DNA of 64,000 bases from a virus, in IMG/VR virus record IMGVR_UViG_3300047297_000301, positions 35,691-99,690 of that record, one strand, 5' to 3'. Numbering within the stretch: the stretch's first letter is position 1; each line of letters begins with the position of its first letter. Shown here in pieces: positions 9,403 to 19,154 of the stretch. The notes under the pieces are model-generated. The model was not told the origin of the DNA and did no database searches. It was given only the letters and a program-made list of their open reading frames with translations. A program made the translations under genes and the position numbers.

Positions 9403-9954
9403 TTAACTAATTCTAGTCATTGTAACTTTTAAACTACTGCCTGTGGGTCGCGTAGGCGTAACTCCAGCAGGTAGTGCACTGAGATTTACTGTTGTGTCTG
9501 CACTAGACCAACAAAACTGTAGATCGCTGTTAGCAGCCATTGGCAGAGTAAAGTTGCCGCTGGTAAATATTATTGAAAGTGTGTTTATTAACTCTAAGTC
9601 TTGTCGTGAGCCAGGTACGTCAACACCATTATATCGCAACCAAATACTCATTGAGCTAGTACCTCCACTGGTTTTTGCCATTGTGGTAGTAAATAGCACT
9701 GTGTACACACCAGCATTGGTTACTCGCAAAATGTCACTACCTATTAGTGTAACACCATTGTTAGGCCCTGCAGTGCTAAATGTACCTATGTTAACTTGAT
9801 TTGCAACTGGATTGGTTTGTGTTCCGTTGCTGTAGAATCCGTAATTTAACAGACCACTTCCTGCACTAACTACTCCATCTGTAACACTTAAGCCACCTCC
9901 AACTTTCATTACTCCATAGTCTGCGGTAGAGGCTAGGGGTTGATTATAACTCAT
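9403..9954 (-). CDS. C1q/BclA-C-terminal-like beta-sandwich protein
   Basis: VTNAGVYTV.F...W.R.NG.DVPGS pattern; start MSYNQP at 9954. Confidence 0.55.
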   Translation of the reverse strand: MSYNQPLASTADYGVMKVGGGLSVTDGVVSAGSGLLNYGFYSNGTQTNPVANQVNIGTFSTAGPNNGVTLIGSDILRVTNAGVYTVLFTTTMAKTSGGTSSMSIWLRYNGVDVPGSRQDLELINTLSIIFTSGNFTLPMAANSDLQFCWSSADTTVNLSALPAGVTPTRPTGSSLKVTMTRIS

Positions 9955-10445
9955 ACTACATTCCATTCTATGCCGTTATAGATTAGGCTAATTGAGCCCC
10001 AGTCTGTGTTTAGTAGGTAGTTTGGTTGTGAGTCAATTGTTGACCCAGTAGTTACCACAGTAATCGGATTCGTGTTAGCGTCTCCAACAGCATCCTTGAT
10101 AACATAAACTTTGCCCACAGTACCCGCAGGTAAAGTAATCGTAACTGAGCCATCATAAATAACACCTAAAAAATATTCTGTTGTTGTTGCCGCATAAGCA
10201 GTTTCATCTATTAATGTAACAGGTACGTCCGCTAGGCTACCTGGCTCACCTTGTGGTCCTTGTGGACCAGGTGGACCTGGTGGACCAGGTGGACCTGGTG
10301 GACCTATAACATTACTGTTTATAACTAGGTCAAGATCGTCGAATTTAGGAGGACAAAAAGGTACTATAGGAGCAGGTAATATTGGTGGTATAAATCCAAC
10401 CATAGGCCAACCAAAAGGCATACTCTGCTTTTGTCGTTGATCCAT
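9951..10445 (-). CDS. collagen-like (GPP)n protein
   Basis: GPPGPPGPPGPPGPQGPQGEPG followed by beta domain. Confidence 0.75.
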   Translation of the reverse strand: MDQRQKQSMPFGWPMVGFIPPILPAPIVPFCPPKFDDLDLVINSNVIGPPGPPGPPGPPGPQGPQGEPGSLADVPVTLIDETAYAATTTEYFLGVIYDGSVTITLPAGTVGKVYVIKDAVGDANTNPITVVTTGSTIDSQPNYLLNTDWGSISLIYNGIEWNVV

Positions 10446-10458
10446 ATTTATTCCTTAT

Positions 10459-10491
10459 AAAAAAGCCCCACAACTTGTGGCTGCGGGGCTT
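10459..10491 (-). terminator. intrinsic terminator
   Basis: AGCCCC stem with T-tract on minus strand downstream of 10509 gene. Confidence 0.6.
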
Positions 10492-10508
10492 GTTAAACAC
10501 ATTAAATA

Positions 10509-11426
10509 TTAACGGATGCTAGTATTTGTGTTAGTTGGGTTAGCAGTCAATGTGCCGCTTCCAACATTAATTGCACCATTTGTGATGTTTTGGCCTAATC
10601 CATAGATTAAGTTTGCCAAGTGTGCATACTGAGCTTGTTGTTGTGATTGTTGTTGCATTTGATTGATGTTATTGGTATTTGTAAGAGTAATACCGCTAGT
10701 AGCACTATCTAAAGCTGCACGATTTTTTAGTGCAATAATTTCTGCATTTGCATCGCCAAGTTGACGATTTAATGTAGCTTCGTATTGTGCAACAATTAAA
10801 GCACGAGTCTTTTCACCATCAGCTGCAATGTCTTTGCTTAACTCATAGCGATTTTCCATGATGTTTTGGTTAATTGCAGCTTGCCCTTGCATTAAGGAAA
10901 CTGCATTTTGGTTAACCACATCTTTTAAACCACTAATGTTATTTGTAAGCGAACTAGCTACACTTGCTAATTGGGTTGTAATGCCCAATGATTGTGTAGC
11001 TTGTGATGCTTCAAATGCTGCTGTTGAAACAGCAACTGACTTATCAACAGCACCAATTGCTGCCATTAAACTCATATTAGCTTGAGTTTGTTCTGGAGGA
11101 CTACGAAGAACTGCACCTGCTGCTGCACCGCCACCATCTCCGCCTAAAAGGTTACCGTTGTTGCGAAGCAAACTTCCCAAGATCAATCCACCGATTAAAC
11201 CGCCACCGCCACCGCCGCCAAATAACCCATCACCACCGCTACCGCCGCCCATAATCATACCTGGAGTCATAATTTCTGCCATGTTTTTATCCTTTAGTTT
11301 TGTAATCTCACCCATAACTTTTGAATAGTAGTTATTAGCTTGATCAATTTTAGTTTGAAGCGCACTCATATCATATCCAACGTTATTTGTTGAATTTAAT
11401 TCTGGTACGCCAGTTTCATCCGCCAT
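10509..11426 (-). CDS. Gly-rich/coiled-coil hypothetical protein
   Basis: poly-Gly hydrophobic segment, DGEKTRALI coiled coil, Q/N-rich end; two in-frame starts with RBS (11426, 11282). Confidence 0.65.
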   Translation of the reverse strand: MADETGVPELNSTNNVGYDMSALQTKIDQANNYYSKVMGEITKLKDKNMAEIMTPGMIMGGGSGGDGLFGGGGGGGLIGGLILGSLLRNNGNLLGGDGGGAAAGAVLRSPPEQTQANMSLMAAIGAVDKSVAVSTAAFEASQATQSLGITTQLASVASSLTNNISGLKDVVNQNAVSLMQGQAAINQNIMENRYELSKDIAADGEKTRALIVAQYEATLNRQLGDANAEIIALKNRAALDSATSGITLTNTNNINQMQQQSQQQAQYAHLANLIYGLGQNITNGAINVGSGTLTANPTNTNTSIR

Positions 11427-11498
11427 AGAAATTCCTTTTAGAGCAGAAATGATACTGCGTATCACGCGCAGTTACCAAAACCTTGGCAACTGCAGTAA

Positions 11499-11581
11499 TT
11501 ATAACATGATTGATATATGAGAGCAACCTTAATTTTCTGGCTACAGGAGTAGAAATGCAAGTTACTAAGAAATTATGTTCC
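11499..11581 (-). promoter_or_regulatory. duplicated promoter block, copy 1
   Basis: minus TTGCTC-N17-TATAAT; ~80 bp near-identical to 11899-11980. Confidence 0.7.
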
Positions 11582-11609
11582 GCTAACAACAATCCACTAA
11601 ACCAAAAAA

Positions 11610-11864
11610 TCAATATAGCTCTTTTTTACTACGTTGTTTTGATTGCATATACTCTGATACACTAACCAGCATTGACTTAGTTACAGCAATTTTTTCTTGT
11701 ACCCATTCAGGCACATTGTCTTTGTCGTTGATTACCTCATCTATATTTTCTATAGCACGTCTCATGGTTCTTAGATTACTTTCAACCATAGTAGCTTCAT
11801 CATTGTATTCTTTACTATTACTATAAGGCGTTTCATTGTACTTATATACCCAGTATGTTCTCAT
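11610..11864 (-). CDS. hypothetical protein
   Basis: PEWVQEKIA motif; RBS AAGGAA. Confidence 0.6.
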   Translation of the reverse strand: MRTYWVYKYNETPYSNSKEYNDEATMVESNLRTMRRAIENIDEVINDKDNVPEWVQEKIAVTKSMLVSVSEYMQSKQRSKKELY

Positions 11865-11898
11865 AATTTATTCCTTTAAAGTTTATTAACCGTAAGTA

Positions 11899-11980
11899 TT
11901 ATAACATGATTGATATGTCACAACAACCTTAATTTTCTGGTTACAGGAGTCAAAATGCACGTTACTATAAAATTCTGTTC
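11899..11980 (-). promoter_or_regulatory. duplicated promoter block, copy 2
   Basis: minus TTGTTG-N17-TATAAT. Confidence 0.7.
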
Positions 11981-11986
11981 CAAAAG

Positions 11987-12023
11987 AAAAAGCCCCTATA
12001 GAGCAATCTATAGGGGCTTTTTT
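11987..12023. terminator. intrinsic terminator identical to 8512-8549
   Basis: same GCCCCTATAGAGCAATCTATAGGGGC hairpin. Confidence 0.85.
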
Positions 12024-12024
12024 G

Positions 12025-12753
12025 TTAGCTAAATAGTTTCTTTTTCAGAAGTCTATATCGGCCGTGAAATTTACTAGAATAAGCAAATTTATTGGCCATA
12101 TCCTTAAACTCTTTTGGGTCAATTAAATGAGTTTTTAATATAACTTTTCGCTCAGTTAAGGGTAAGATATTAAGCAAAGGTTCTCCTGCATATAAGTTAA
12201 TGTCTGCATTAACTTTTTTAGGTAGCCACATATTACAATTTGCACCACATTGGTATTTATAATTTAAAACACCACCAGGGATTCTAAACTTAAACATATC
12301 ACTAGGCTTGTTCCAGTCGGAATAAAATAATTGAAAATTTATTCCTGATTTTTCTTGTAATTGCCAAGGTACTGTAATTTTCATATGTATTAAATCATTA
12401 AACTCTTCGTGTTCAAACTGAGCAGAAGGATGATGACCAATCTTTGTGTCTTCAGCGGAACTTTTCCACGCAAAATTGCCGTGCTCATCATACTTTAGTA
12501 TTAAATCAGTCCACAGCGGTATAGTAAACATATTTTTATACATGTCTAATAAACCTTCGCATACTTTAGCAGTAGCCATTGGTGTAATGATTGGGCTATT
12601 TTCAGTAGCTACTTCGCAGTGAGATTTTAAAGATTTCCACCAGTTAGGGTATATTTCGGTAGCCTTTACAACAGGGTTATGATGATATACTCCTGCATGA
12701 TCAGTAAATGCATCTAAAGTAATAGGACGCAATCGTGAAATAATATCAAACAT
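12025..12753 (-). CDS. hypothetical protein
   Basis: long ORF, P.WWK..TAKVCEG pattern; start probably MFDIISR. Confidence 0.6.
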   Translation of the reverse strand: MFDIISRLRPITLDAFTDHAGVYHHNPVVKATEIYPNWWKSLKSHCEVATENSPIITPMATAKVCEGLLDMYKNMFTIPLWTDLILKYDEHGNFAWKSSAEDTKIGHHPSAQFEHEEFNDLIHMKITVPWQLQEKSGINFQLFYSDWNKPSDMFKFRIPGGVLNYKYQCGANCNMWLPKKVNADINLYAGEPLLNILPLTERKVILKTHLIDPKEFKDMANKFAYSSKFHGRYRLLKKKLFS

Positions 12754-12931
12754 TTTTAGTTTCTTCAACAGCGGGTTCTTTTATAGAAAGTTGCTCTTGG
12801 GCTTGTCTTACTAACTTATTAGTTAGTGGGTTAGAAACTTTAGCAGGTAATTCTTGTAGTCCTGCTAAAATTGTATTTGCTTCTTCCACCGTAAGTTTTA
12901 GTGTTATAAGTGTATCTTTTTCTTGTTCCAT
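12746..12931 (-). CDS. hypothetical protein
   Basis: LTVEEAN.IL.GL.ELP motif common in phage small proteins. Confidence 0.55.
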   Translation of the reverse strand: MEQEKDTLITLKLTVEEANTILAGLQELPAKVSNPLTNKLVRQAQEQLSIKEPAVEETKNV

Positions 12932-12934
12932 ATA

Positions 12935-14899
12935 TTACCTAATTGGGCAGGCTCCTGTAGCACAATCTTCGCCCATAATTTCATCAAAACTATTGGCATT
13001 TTCTAGCGATACTGGAGTAAGTTGTTGCACATAATTTCGGAATGTGTGCTCATCCACAACTTCTTGTGGTAAGTACAAATATCCTAAATCTTTTGCTGTT
13101 TTAGTTGGATCGGTGCGGTAGATGAATGAAACACCTACATAACAATCCCAGTTGTCTAACAACCAATCAATGATTGCTGGAACTTCTGTAGGATCATAAC
13201 TAATTGTTACTGAAGTATTTTGCTGCGTCCAACTGGTCTGAATTAATTTATATTTTTCGAGTTGTTCGATTGCTGTGTCAAGGTTAACTTCTTTTCCATT
13301 AGTTTTGTGGAAAGGTACATCAATCCACTCAACAGGGAATGTAATAAGTACACCACTATCATCAGTGGGGTGATTAACAACGTTATAATTAGCATCGCGC
13401 AGTACTTCAACAATAGGGTCAAATTTACTAAATTGAACATTATTAAATATATACTTTCCTAGAGGCTTATGAATTCCTTCTGTGGTATCCATAATTTTGG
13501 ATAGCGTTCCTGAAGGTTTAACACAAGTAATATTTTTAGGACTAGGTAAATCAAGTTCTTGAGCCATACCAATAGCAGCACCAGTTGCAGTACGCTTTAG
13601 ATACTCATAGTCATAACCATTCATATCAGGGCGTTTAGCAATACCTGTTAAACCAACTCCGCATAATCGCATAAAATAGTTGTTTAAATGCCAGGACTCT
13701 TGTAAAATACCGTCTTGTAAGTTTACACAAGTTTGGCGATAGTTAGCGCGAGCTGCAAGCCTAATGGCGTTGTGAAGTCCGGCGGTATCGCCTTTAAATT
13801 TAGCAATGTCTGTTTCGGTAAGATTACAAAATGATTTATTACCGAGTAAGATTTCCACGCAAGGGTTTGCACCTTTGAACCATGGAGCGCGACGGAGAGC
13901 TTCAACTTCATTGATAAATCCTGGTTCTGATCCACCAGCTTCTAGCATTAGATCAAAAATCTTTTGCAAGTCAGCTTTTAAGGGTTTTTCTTTAAATACT
14001 AGTGAATTGTTTGATTGTTGACGATGTGAATTGTTATACAACCACCAATCTTTCTTTGCTACGGCAAATTCTTCCCATTCGGGTTGCCCATAATCAAACA
14101 AAGCAATTTCTGCACTACGGCGGCTGCTAAGAATAGTGCCAAGATGATTAATAATGTCGAGAATATCCATCCTAGTAAGTAAACTATCAGCACGGCCATT
14201 GAGGATGTTTGCAATAGCCACATATGCAGTTGATATAGCGCTATCGCCACTTGAGATCCATCCATAGCCTTTTAACCTTTCCCCAGCAGGGCGTAACTGA
14301 CTAAAGTCGAGTACGAGAGTATCAGCAGCGTACTTACCAGCAATAAGCTTACCGATAGATTTTGCCCAGGCTTCCGCAGAATCCCCAACTTGAATAGTCC
14401 AAGTCTTAGTTTCTTGATCAAATGTTTCAACATTATGCTCCAATCCACCTTTAGCTGTACGGGTCGATCTTACTACTCGAATATTTTTAATTGGCTTTGA
14501 AAAGCCATTTAGTGTACCAACAATTGGTTTAAATCCTACTCCGCATCCTTGTAGTAAAAGCCATAAGCAGTCTACTACATCATATACAGTTTCTACGTGT
14601 GTAAATGAGCAGTTAAATTGTGAAGCCTCGCGAGTTTTAGCTACATCTGTACCGCCTAACCATAATGTACGACCACTCATGGCAACTTTACGATCCAGCA
14701 TTAGCTGTTCAAGATCATACAGTTCTCCGTATTCTACATCTGTTAGATCACGTTTAGCTGCACGTTGCCACAGCCATTCTTGGTGATCAATAACTCGGGC
14801 TACTGTTTCTTGCCACGTTTCAAATTGTTTTCCGTCGTCTGAAGTGGGCCTATTATATGTACGACGTGTTATTACTTGTGCTCTAGTGCTTACTGCCAT
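12935..14899 (-). CDS. nrdJ: class II (AdoCbl-dependent) ribonucleotide reductase
   Basis: RTY.R, SGRTLW, FNC, ANPCVEI, CNLTE, TCVKPSGT and C-terminal CATGACPIR. Confidence 0.9.
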   Translation of the reverse strand: MAVSTRAQVITRRTYNRPTSDDGKQFETWQETVARVIDHQEWLWQRAAKRDLTDVEYGELYDLEQLMLDRKVAMSGRTLWLGGTDVAKTREASQFNCSFTHVETVYDVVDCLWLLLQGCGVGFKPIVGTLNGFSKPIKNIRVVRSTRTAKGGLEHNVETFDQETKTWTIQVGDSAEAWAKSIGKLIAGKYAADTLVLDFSQLRPAGERLKGYGWISSGDSAISTAYVAIANILNGRADSLLTRMDILDIINHLGTILSSRRSAEIALFDYGQPEWEEFAVAKKDWWLYNNSHRQQSNNSLVFKEKPLKADLQKIFDLMLEAGGSEPGFINEVEALRRAPWFKGANPCVEILLGNKSFCNLTETDIAKFKGDTAGLHNAIRLAARANYRQTCVNLQDGILQESWHLNNYFMRLCGVGLTGIAKRPDMNGYDYEYLKRTATGAAIGMAQELDLPSPKNITCVKPSGTLSKIMDTTEGIHKPLGKYIFNNVQFSKFDPIVEVLRDANYNVVNHPTDDSGVLITFPVEWIDVPFHKTNGKEVNLDTAIEQLEKYKLIQTSWTQQNTSVTISYDPTEVPAIIDWLLDNWDCYVGVSFIYRTDPTKTAKDLGYLYLPQEVVDEHTFRNYVQQLTPVSLENANSFDEIMGEDCATGACPIR

Positions 14900-14907
14900 G
14901 ATTTCCT

Positions 14908-15384
14908 TTATGTTCCTGTTGAACCGAAGCCTCCTGTGCCTCGGGTAGAGTCGTTCCAAATATCTTTAAAGCCTACTAGTTCAACCTTCTGAATAACCAA
15001 CTGAGCAATTCTATCACCAGCCGTAATTTTATAAGGGTCATCACCGATATTTTTTAACAAAACTTTAATTGTGTCACGATAACCACTATCTATCACGCCT
15101 ACGCTGTGAGGGATAGTAATTCCCTTTTTTCCTTGAGAGCTTCTATTATACACAAAGCCTGCAAAGCCTTGTGAAATTTTAATTGCTATACCCGTATCAA
15201 CAAGTTTTTGCTCATTTGGATAAATTTCCAAACTTTCGTACGCAAATAAATCTGCTCCAGCATCGCTATGATGTGCACGTTCAGGAAGTTTAGCTCCTGG
15301 CTTTAACATACATTCTAATACTGAACCGTATGTCATAGTATTTGCATTATAAGCGCCTGCTGTAATAAGTGTTGTTCCGTTCAT
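14908..15384 (-). CDS. dut: dUTPase (trimeric)
   Basis: AGADL, RSS.G, GVIDSGYR, RIAQL and RGTGGFGSTG motifs. Confidence 0.95.
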   Translation of the reverse strand: MNGTTLITAGAYNANTMTYGSVLECMLKPGAKLPERAHHSDAGADLFAYESLEIYPNEQKLVDTGIAIKISQGFAGFVYNRSSQGKKGITIPHSVGVIDSGYRDTIKVLLKNIGDDPYKITAGDRIAQLVIQKVELVGFKDIWNDSTRGTGGFGSTGT

Positions 15385-16226
15385 TTTAAATATAACTCTA
15401 AGGTTTCATCAATTTGTTTACAATTTTCAGTACCAATTGCTTCTTCGCAAAAGGTAACTAAATCCATTAATTTATAGTTTAAAGCCAATGTATCTTTACA
15501 TTCGTTTAGGGCTTGGATGTATTTATATTTACCGCTAAGAGGGATGCTTGCAATAATGTCATAGGTACTGCCATATTCATTAACCAAGCCAACTGCTCTT
15601 TTAGGTCCAATGCCTGGCACACCAAAAACATTATCGCCAGTATCGCCAGTAAGACACTTAATACTAATGTAATCTTCGGGATTAAAGTCATAATGGTCAT
15701 TCCAGTTATCGACTGTAACTTCTTTGCGTGTAACATATGAGAATCTTGATACGTTAGGTTGAACTAATAAGTCCCAATCTTTATCTGAGCTAACAAGCCA
15801 AATATCATCAACTGGGAGTTTTGATTTTTTTGATACAATATATGCTGCAATATCGTCGGCTTCAACGCCTTGAAAACGTAAAATTGGAAATTCGGTATTT
15901 TCAGCAATATGTTCTAGTGTTTTTGTAAAATCTTCAAAGAACAATTCAAATGCTGCTTTTTCAGCGTCAGTTTGTTCAGCGAATTTATCTTTACGATTTT
16001 GTTTATACTCAGGATAAATAGCTTTACGATAAGAACTAGAGCCCATATCGCCAGCAATAATTACATGAGATGCTTTATATGATTTTTTAAGACTTTGAAC
16101 TGTGCGTAAGTAATCTTCGGCAAAATCTGTAGCACCGCTATGTTTATAGCGAAATGCAAGATTAAGTGAGTCAACAACTAACAGAGTATTGTTTGTTTCG
16201 GTAATTTTTGAGAATGTTTTTGACAT
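15381..16226 (-). CDS. D15: 5'-3' flap exonuclease (T5 D15-like)
   Basis: VDSLNLAFR, GVEADD, SSDKDW and GDTGDNV.GVPGIGPKRA motifs. Confidence 0.9.
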   Translation of the reverse strand: MSKTFSKITETNNTLLVVDSLNLAFRYKHSGATDFAEDYLRTVQSLKKSYKASHVIIAGDMGSSSYRKAIYPEYKQNRKDKFAEQTDAEKAAFELFFEDFTKTLEHIAENTEFPILRFQGVEADDIAAYIVSKKSKLPVDDIWLVSSDKDWDLLVQPNVSRFSYVTRKEVTVDNWNDHYDFNPEDYISIKCLTGDTGDNVFGVPGIGPKRAVGLVNEYGSTYDIIASIPLSGKYKYIQALNECKDTLALNYKLMDLVTFCEEAIGTENCKQIDETLELYLK

Positions 16227-16273
16227 ATTATTTGTGTGTTAATCTGTTATTATACCACTGTTAAGTTGTTTTG

Positions 16274-16732
16274 TCAAGTTACAAATACTGGCTGCTCCCA
16301 CTTTAACCAATCTTCTAGCAGTGCTGCATAGAATTCATGATCTTCGTGGTTATAGTAAAGGCAACGATAGTTTTGTGAATTAGGCATTTCATCAAAAGCA
16401 ACAAATACTTTGCTGCGATCAAATTTAAAAATCAGTAAAGGTTTTTTGCCTACTTGCTTACCCTGACGAGTAGTCTGTTGCCAGAATTCTACTAGTTGCG
16501 GAGTCTTGGATGTTAGTAAGTGTGAAGTAAGGTGGTCTTCCGCATAGCCTTTAACTTCTACACACCAAAGGTTGGTTCGCCCAGGAACGTATAAATCGCC
16601 CTTAAGCTGATGTTTAGGGTCAAGAGCACCTGATCCAGGTACTCTTTCCCAAGCTAGACCAGTGTGCTTTTTGAGTAGATCACGAACTGTGGTCTCTGTT
16701 CTAGCACCTTTGGCTCTAGGATCCACTGCCAT
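16274..16732 (-). CDS. D14: Holliday junction resolvase-like endonuclease (T5 D14-like)
   Basis: RAKGAR.E, RVPGSGA, GDL, EVK PD-(D/E)xK motifs; synteny. Confidence 0.8.
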   Translation of the reverse strand: MAVDPRAKGARTETTVRDLLKKHTGLAWERVPGSGALDPKHQLKGDLYVPGRTNLWCVEVKGYAEDHLTSHLLTSKTPQLVEFWQQTTRQGKQVGKKPLLIFKFDRSKVFVAFDEMPNSQNYRCLYYNHEDHEFYAALLEDWLKWEQPVFVT

Positions 16733-17058
16733 TAATTGGTAATCCAAGGTAGTGGAGTTGGTATTAACCCACCCTGAGCTATTTGTTTATCTAACATAAA
16801 CTCTACGTGTGTTTTTGTTCCTTCTAAATTATCATAGTTAGCAGTAATCCAATTAATAACGTCTGTTTCAACTACACTGGAAAGTGCTTTAAACGTATCT
16901 GGTGCAGGATTTGCTAAACTCACACTTTCTGGTATTTCATATACGTGATTTTCTTTTGTTCCACGAACTACAAAATCAACACGCTTTATTACTCCATCCA
17001 GTCCGTTAATTGTACTTGTAGCAATAGCTGTTACTTTTATTTCATATTCTGTTGTCAT
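16732..17058 (-). CDS. hypothetical protein
   Basis: ORF in operon. Confidence 0.55.
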   Translation of the reverse strand: MTTEYEIKVTAIATSTINGLDGVIKRVDFVVRGTKENHVYEIPESVSLANPAPDTFKALSSVVETDVINWITANYDNLEGTKTHVEFMLDKQIAQGGLIPTPLPWITN

Positions 17059-17059
17059 A

Positions 17060-17356
17060 TTATGCCTCTGGCGGAGTAGGCTCTTTTACAGCTTCTGGTG
17101 TTGGAGCTGGTGTTGGAGCTGGAGCTGGTGCAGGAATAGGTGCAGGAATAGGTGCAGGAATAGGTGCAGCTTCTGAATAACTCTCACCTTCTACGCCTTT
17201 AACTTCAAATGTAGAACTAGGGTCTACACGAAAAATTGCTTTACCCGCACCTACTACAAATACGCCCTTACTATAATCATCAGCAGAATCACCTACAGAC
17301 AATACTTTTCCAGCATACATAATACGTACACTACCTTCAATTTCTTCTAAAATCAT
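17060..17356 (-). CDS. hypothetical protein with Pro/Ala-rich tail
   Basis: (APIP)n tail from 12-bp tandem repeat. Confidence 0.55.
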   Translation of the reverse strand: MILEEIEGSVRIMYAGKVLSVGDSADDYSKGVFVVGAGKAIFRVDPSSTFEVKGVEGESYSEAAPIPAPIPAPIPAPAPAPTPAPTPEAVKEPTPPEA

Positions 17357-17357
17357 A

Positions 17358-19154
17358 TTATACCTCTATTTGGGATATGTTGTTACGTTTAATAACATTA
17401 ATCTTTTCTAGTAATGGGTGGCTAAAGCCATGGCTTACTAGAAAAGTATTTAAATGTTCTTCTTGCAGTAACACTTCTACTAATTTTTCTTTACCATCAG
17501 TATCAAGTGTTTCTACAGTTTCATCCAGTATTAATAGATTGATTCTAGAACTGGACAATGTTTGCATTAGTTTTCTAATAGCTAATAATGTAGCTACATT
17601 AACTCTTGCTTTCTCGCCACCACTAAGAGCCAGTATTTCAATATCTCTGCCATTATCAGTAATAACAACATTTAATTTGTCGCTAGCACTTATTTTAAAA
17701 CCGATTTGAAATCTGCCATCACTTAGATCAACCAAATATTTATTTGTAATCTCTTCTAAGTCTTTTACTAAACTCTCAATTTTATATGCTACTAAACCTG
17801 TTGTACTAAACGTTTTTGTTAAAACATTTAAAATACTCATTCTTTCGCTTAATTCATGTAATTTACCACTATAAGTTTCCAATTCTTGGTTCATTTCAAC
17901 CAATTGTTTAGATACTAAATCTACTTTAGTGTTGTGTGCAGTTACTTCTTTGTTGTGTTGCTCTGCTTCAACAATTTTACGTTTAGTGGCTGCAATTGAG
18001 TTTTGCAACTCTGTAAATTGTTGCTGTAATGTTTGTTTATCTAGTAAAGTTTCAGGTAATTCCGTATCAATTAAAGCATGATACTTTTCCCAGTCTTCTT
18101 GCGCTTTTTGAGCTTCTTGCCAAGCAGTTCTTTGCTGTTTAATTTGAACTATTTGTTGAGTATAACCCATAGTTTCTATAGCAGCTATTTCAGCTTCTTC
18201 AGTTTTTTGATTAATTAATTCAGATACTTTTTCTTCGTCAATATCACTTAAACAAGTAGGGCAAGTTCCATGTAACGCTTTCATTTTTAAAACAAAACTT
18301 TGAGCATCACTTACTGTTTTAGATAGTTTTGCTACTTCTGCTTGATACCCTTCTACACCTTCTTCAGGTTTTTCAGGAATCGGCAATAGTTTAATTTTGG
18401 ACTGTAGCTGCTTATAAGTATTATTTTGAAAAATCTTTTTATTAGTAGACTCAATAGTATTTATACTAGATTCAAGTGTAGACGCTGTAGTTATTAGATT
18501 TGTATCTAGCTCAGGAGTTGGGACAGCTTCTTTTAGTGTTAAATCAGTCTTTTCGTACTTGTTTAACCAACTAGAAACAGTATTTACTTGAGACTGTACT
18601 GCTGCAATGTCTTTGGTAAGCAGAGTACTTACTTCTTTGAATACTTCAGCAGCTTTGGTATATTTACCTAAATTAAGAATCTCAATAAGAAACTTTTTAC
18701 GAGCAGTATCAGGAGCTGTTAAAAACTCTAGGCTTGAAGCATTTGATTGGTAAACAATTTGAGCAAAACTTTTGTGATCAAAGCCTAATATATCTTCAAT
18801 CATTTTATAAGTTGCGGTAGCAGTATGAGCACTTATGTCTACACCCGACTTAAATAATTTAACAGTTTGAGCAGTACCACGACTAGATTTAATTGTATAA
18901 TCTACATCATCACGATTAAAGTCTAGTTCAATCGTATAAGTTTTATCTTTGATATGGCGATTAAGAATATCTGCTTTCTTAATACCTTTTGAGTTCTTAT
19001 TAAATAATACTTCTTCTAAGATAAGGGCAATAGAACTTTTACCATGCCCATTACGGCCTACTAATTGTGTAAGCGGAGCTGCTATAAAATCAATGCTGTT
19101 ATCTTTTCCGTAACTAAAGGCGTTAGCCCATCGTAGTTGTTTTATAGTTATCAT
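17358..19154 (-). CDS. D13: SbcC/Rad50-like recombination ATPase (T5 D13-like)
   Basis: GRNGHGKSS Walker A, CPTC zinc hook, LSGGE signature, ILDE. Confidence 0.9.
   Translation of the reverse strand: MITIKQLRWANAFSYGKDNSIDFIAAPLTQLVGRNGHGKSSIALILEEVLFNKNSKGIKKADILNRHIKDKTYTIELDFNRDDVDYTIKSSRGTAQTVKLFKSGVDISAHTATATYKMIEDILGFDHKSFAQIVYQSNASSLEFLTAPDTARKKFLIEILNLGKYTKAAEVFKEVSTLLTKDIAAVQSQVNTVSSWLNKYEKTDLTLKEAVPTPELDTNLITTASTLESSINTIESTNKKIFQNNTYKQLQSKIKLLPIPEKPEEGVEGYQAEVAKLSKTVSDAQSFVLKMKALHGTCPTCLSDIDEEKVSELINQKTEEAEIAAIETMGYTQQIVQIKQQRTAWQEAQKAQEDWEKYHALIDTELPETLLDKQTLQQQFTELQNSIAATKRKIVEAEQHNKEVTAHNTKVDLVSKQLVEMNQELETYSGKLHELSERMSILNVLTKTFSTTGLVAYKIESLVKDLEEITNKYLVDLSDGRFQIGFKISASDKLNVVITDNGRDIEILALSGGEKARVNVATLLAIRKLMQTLSSSRINLLILDETVETLDTDGKEKLVEVLLQEEHLNTFLVSHGFSHPLLEKINVIKRNNISQIEV

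Noticed and set aside
17095-17168. 12-bp tandem repeat
   Set aside because: Simply encodes a Pro/Ala linker
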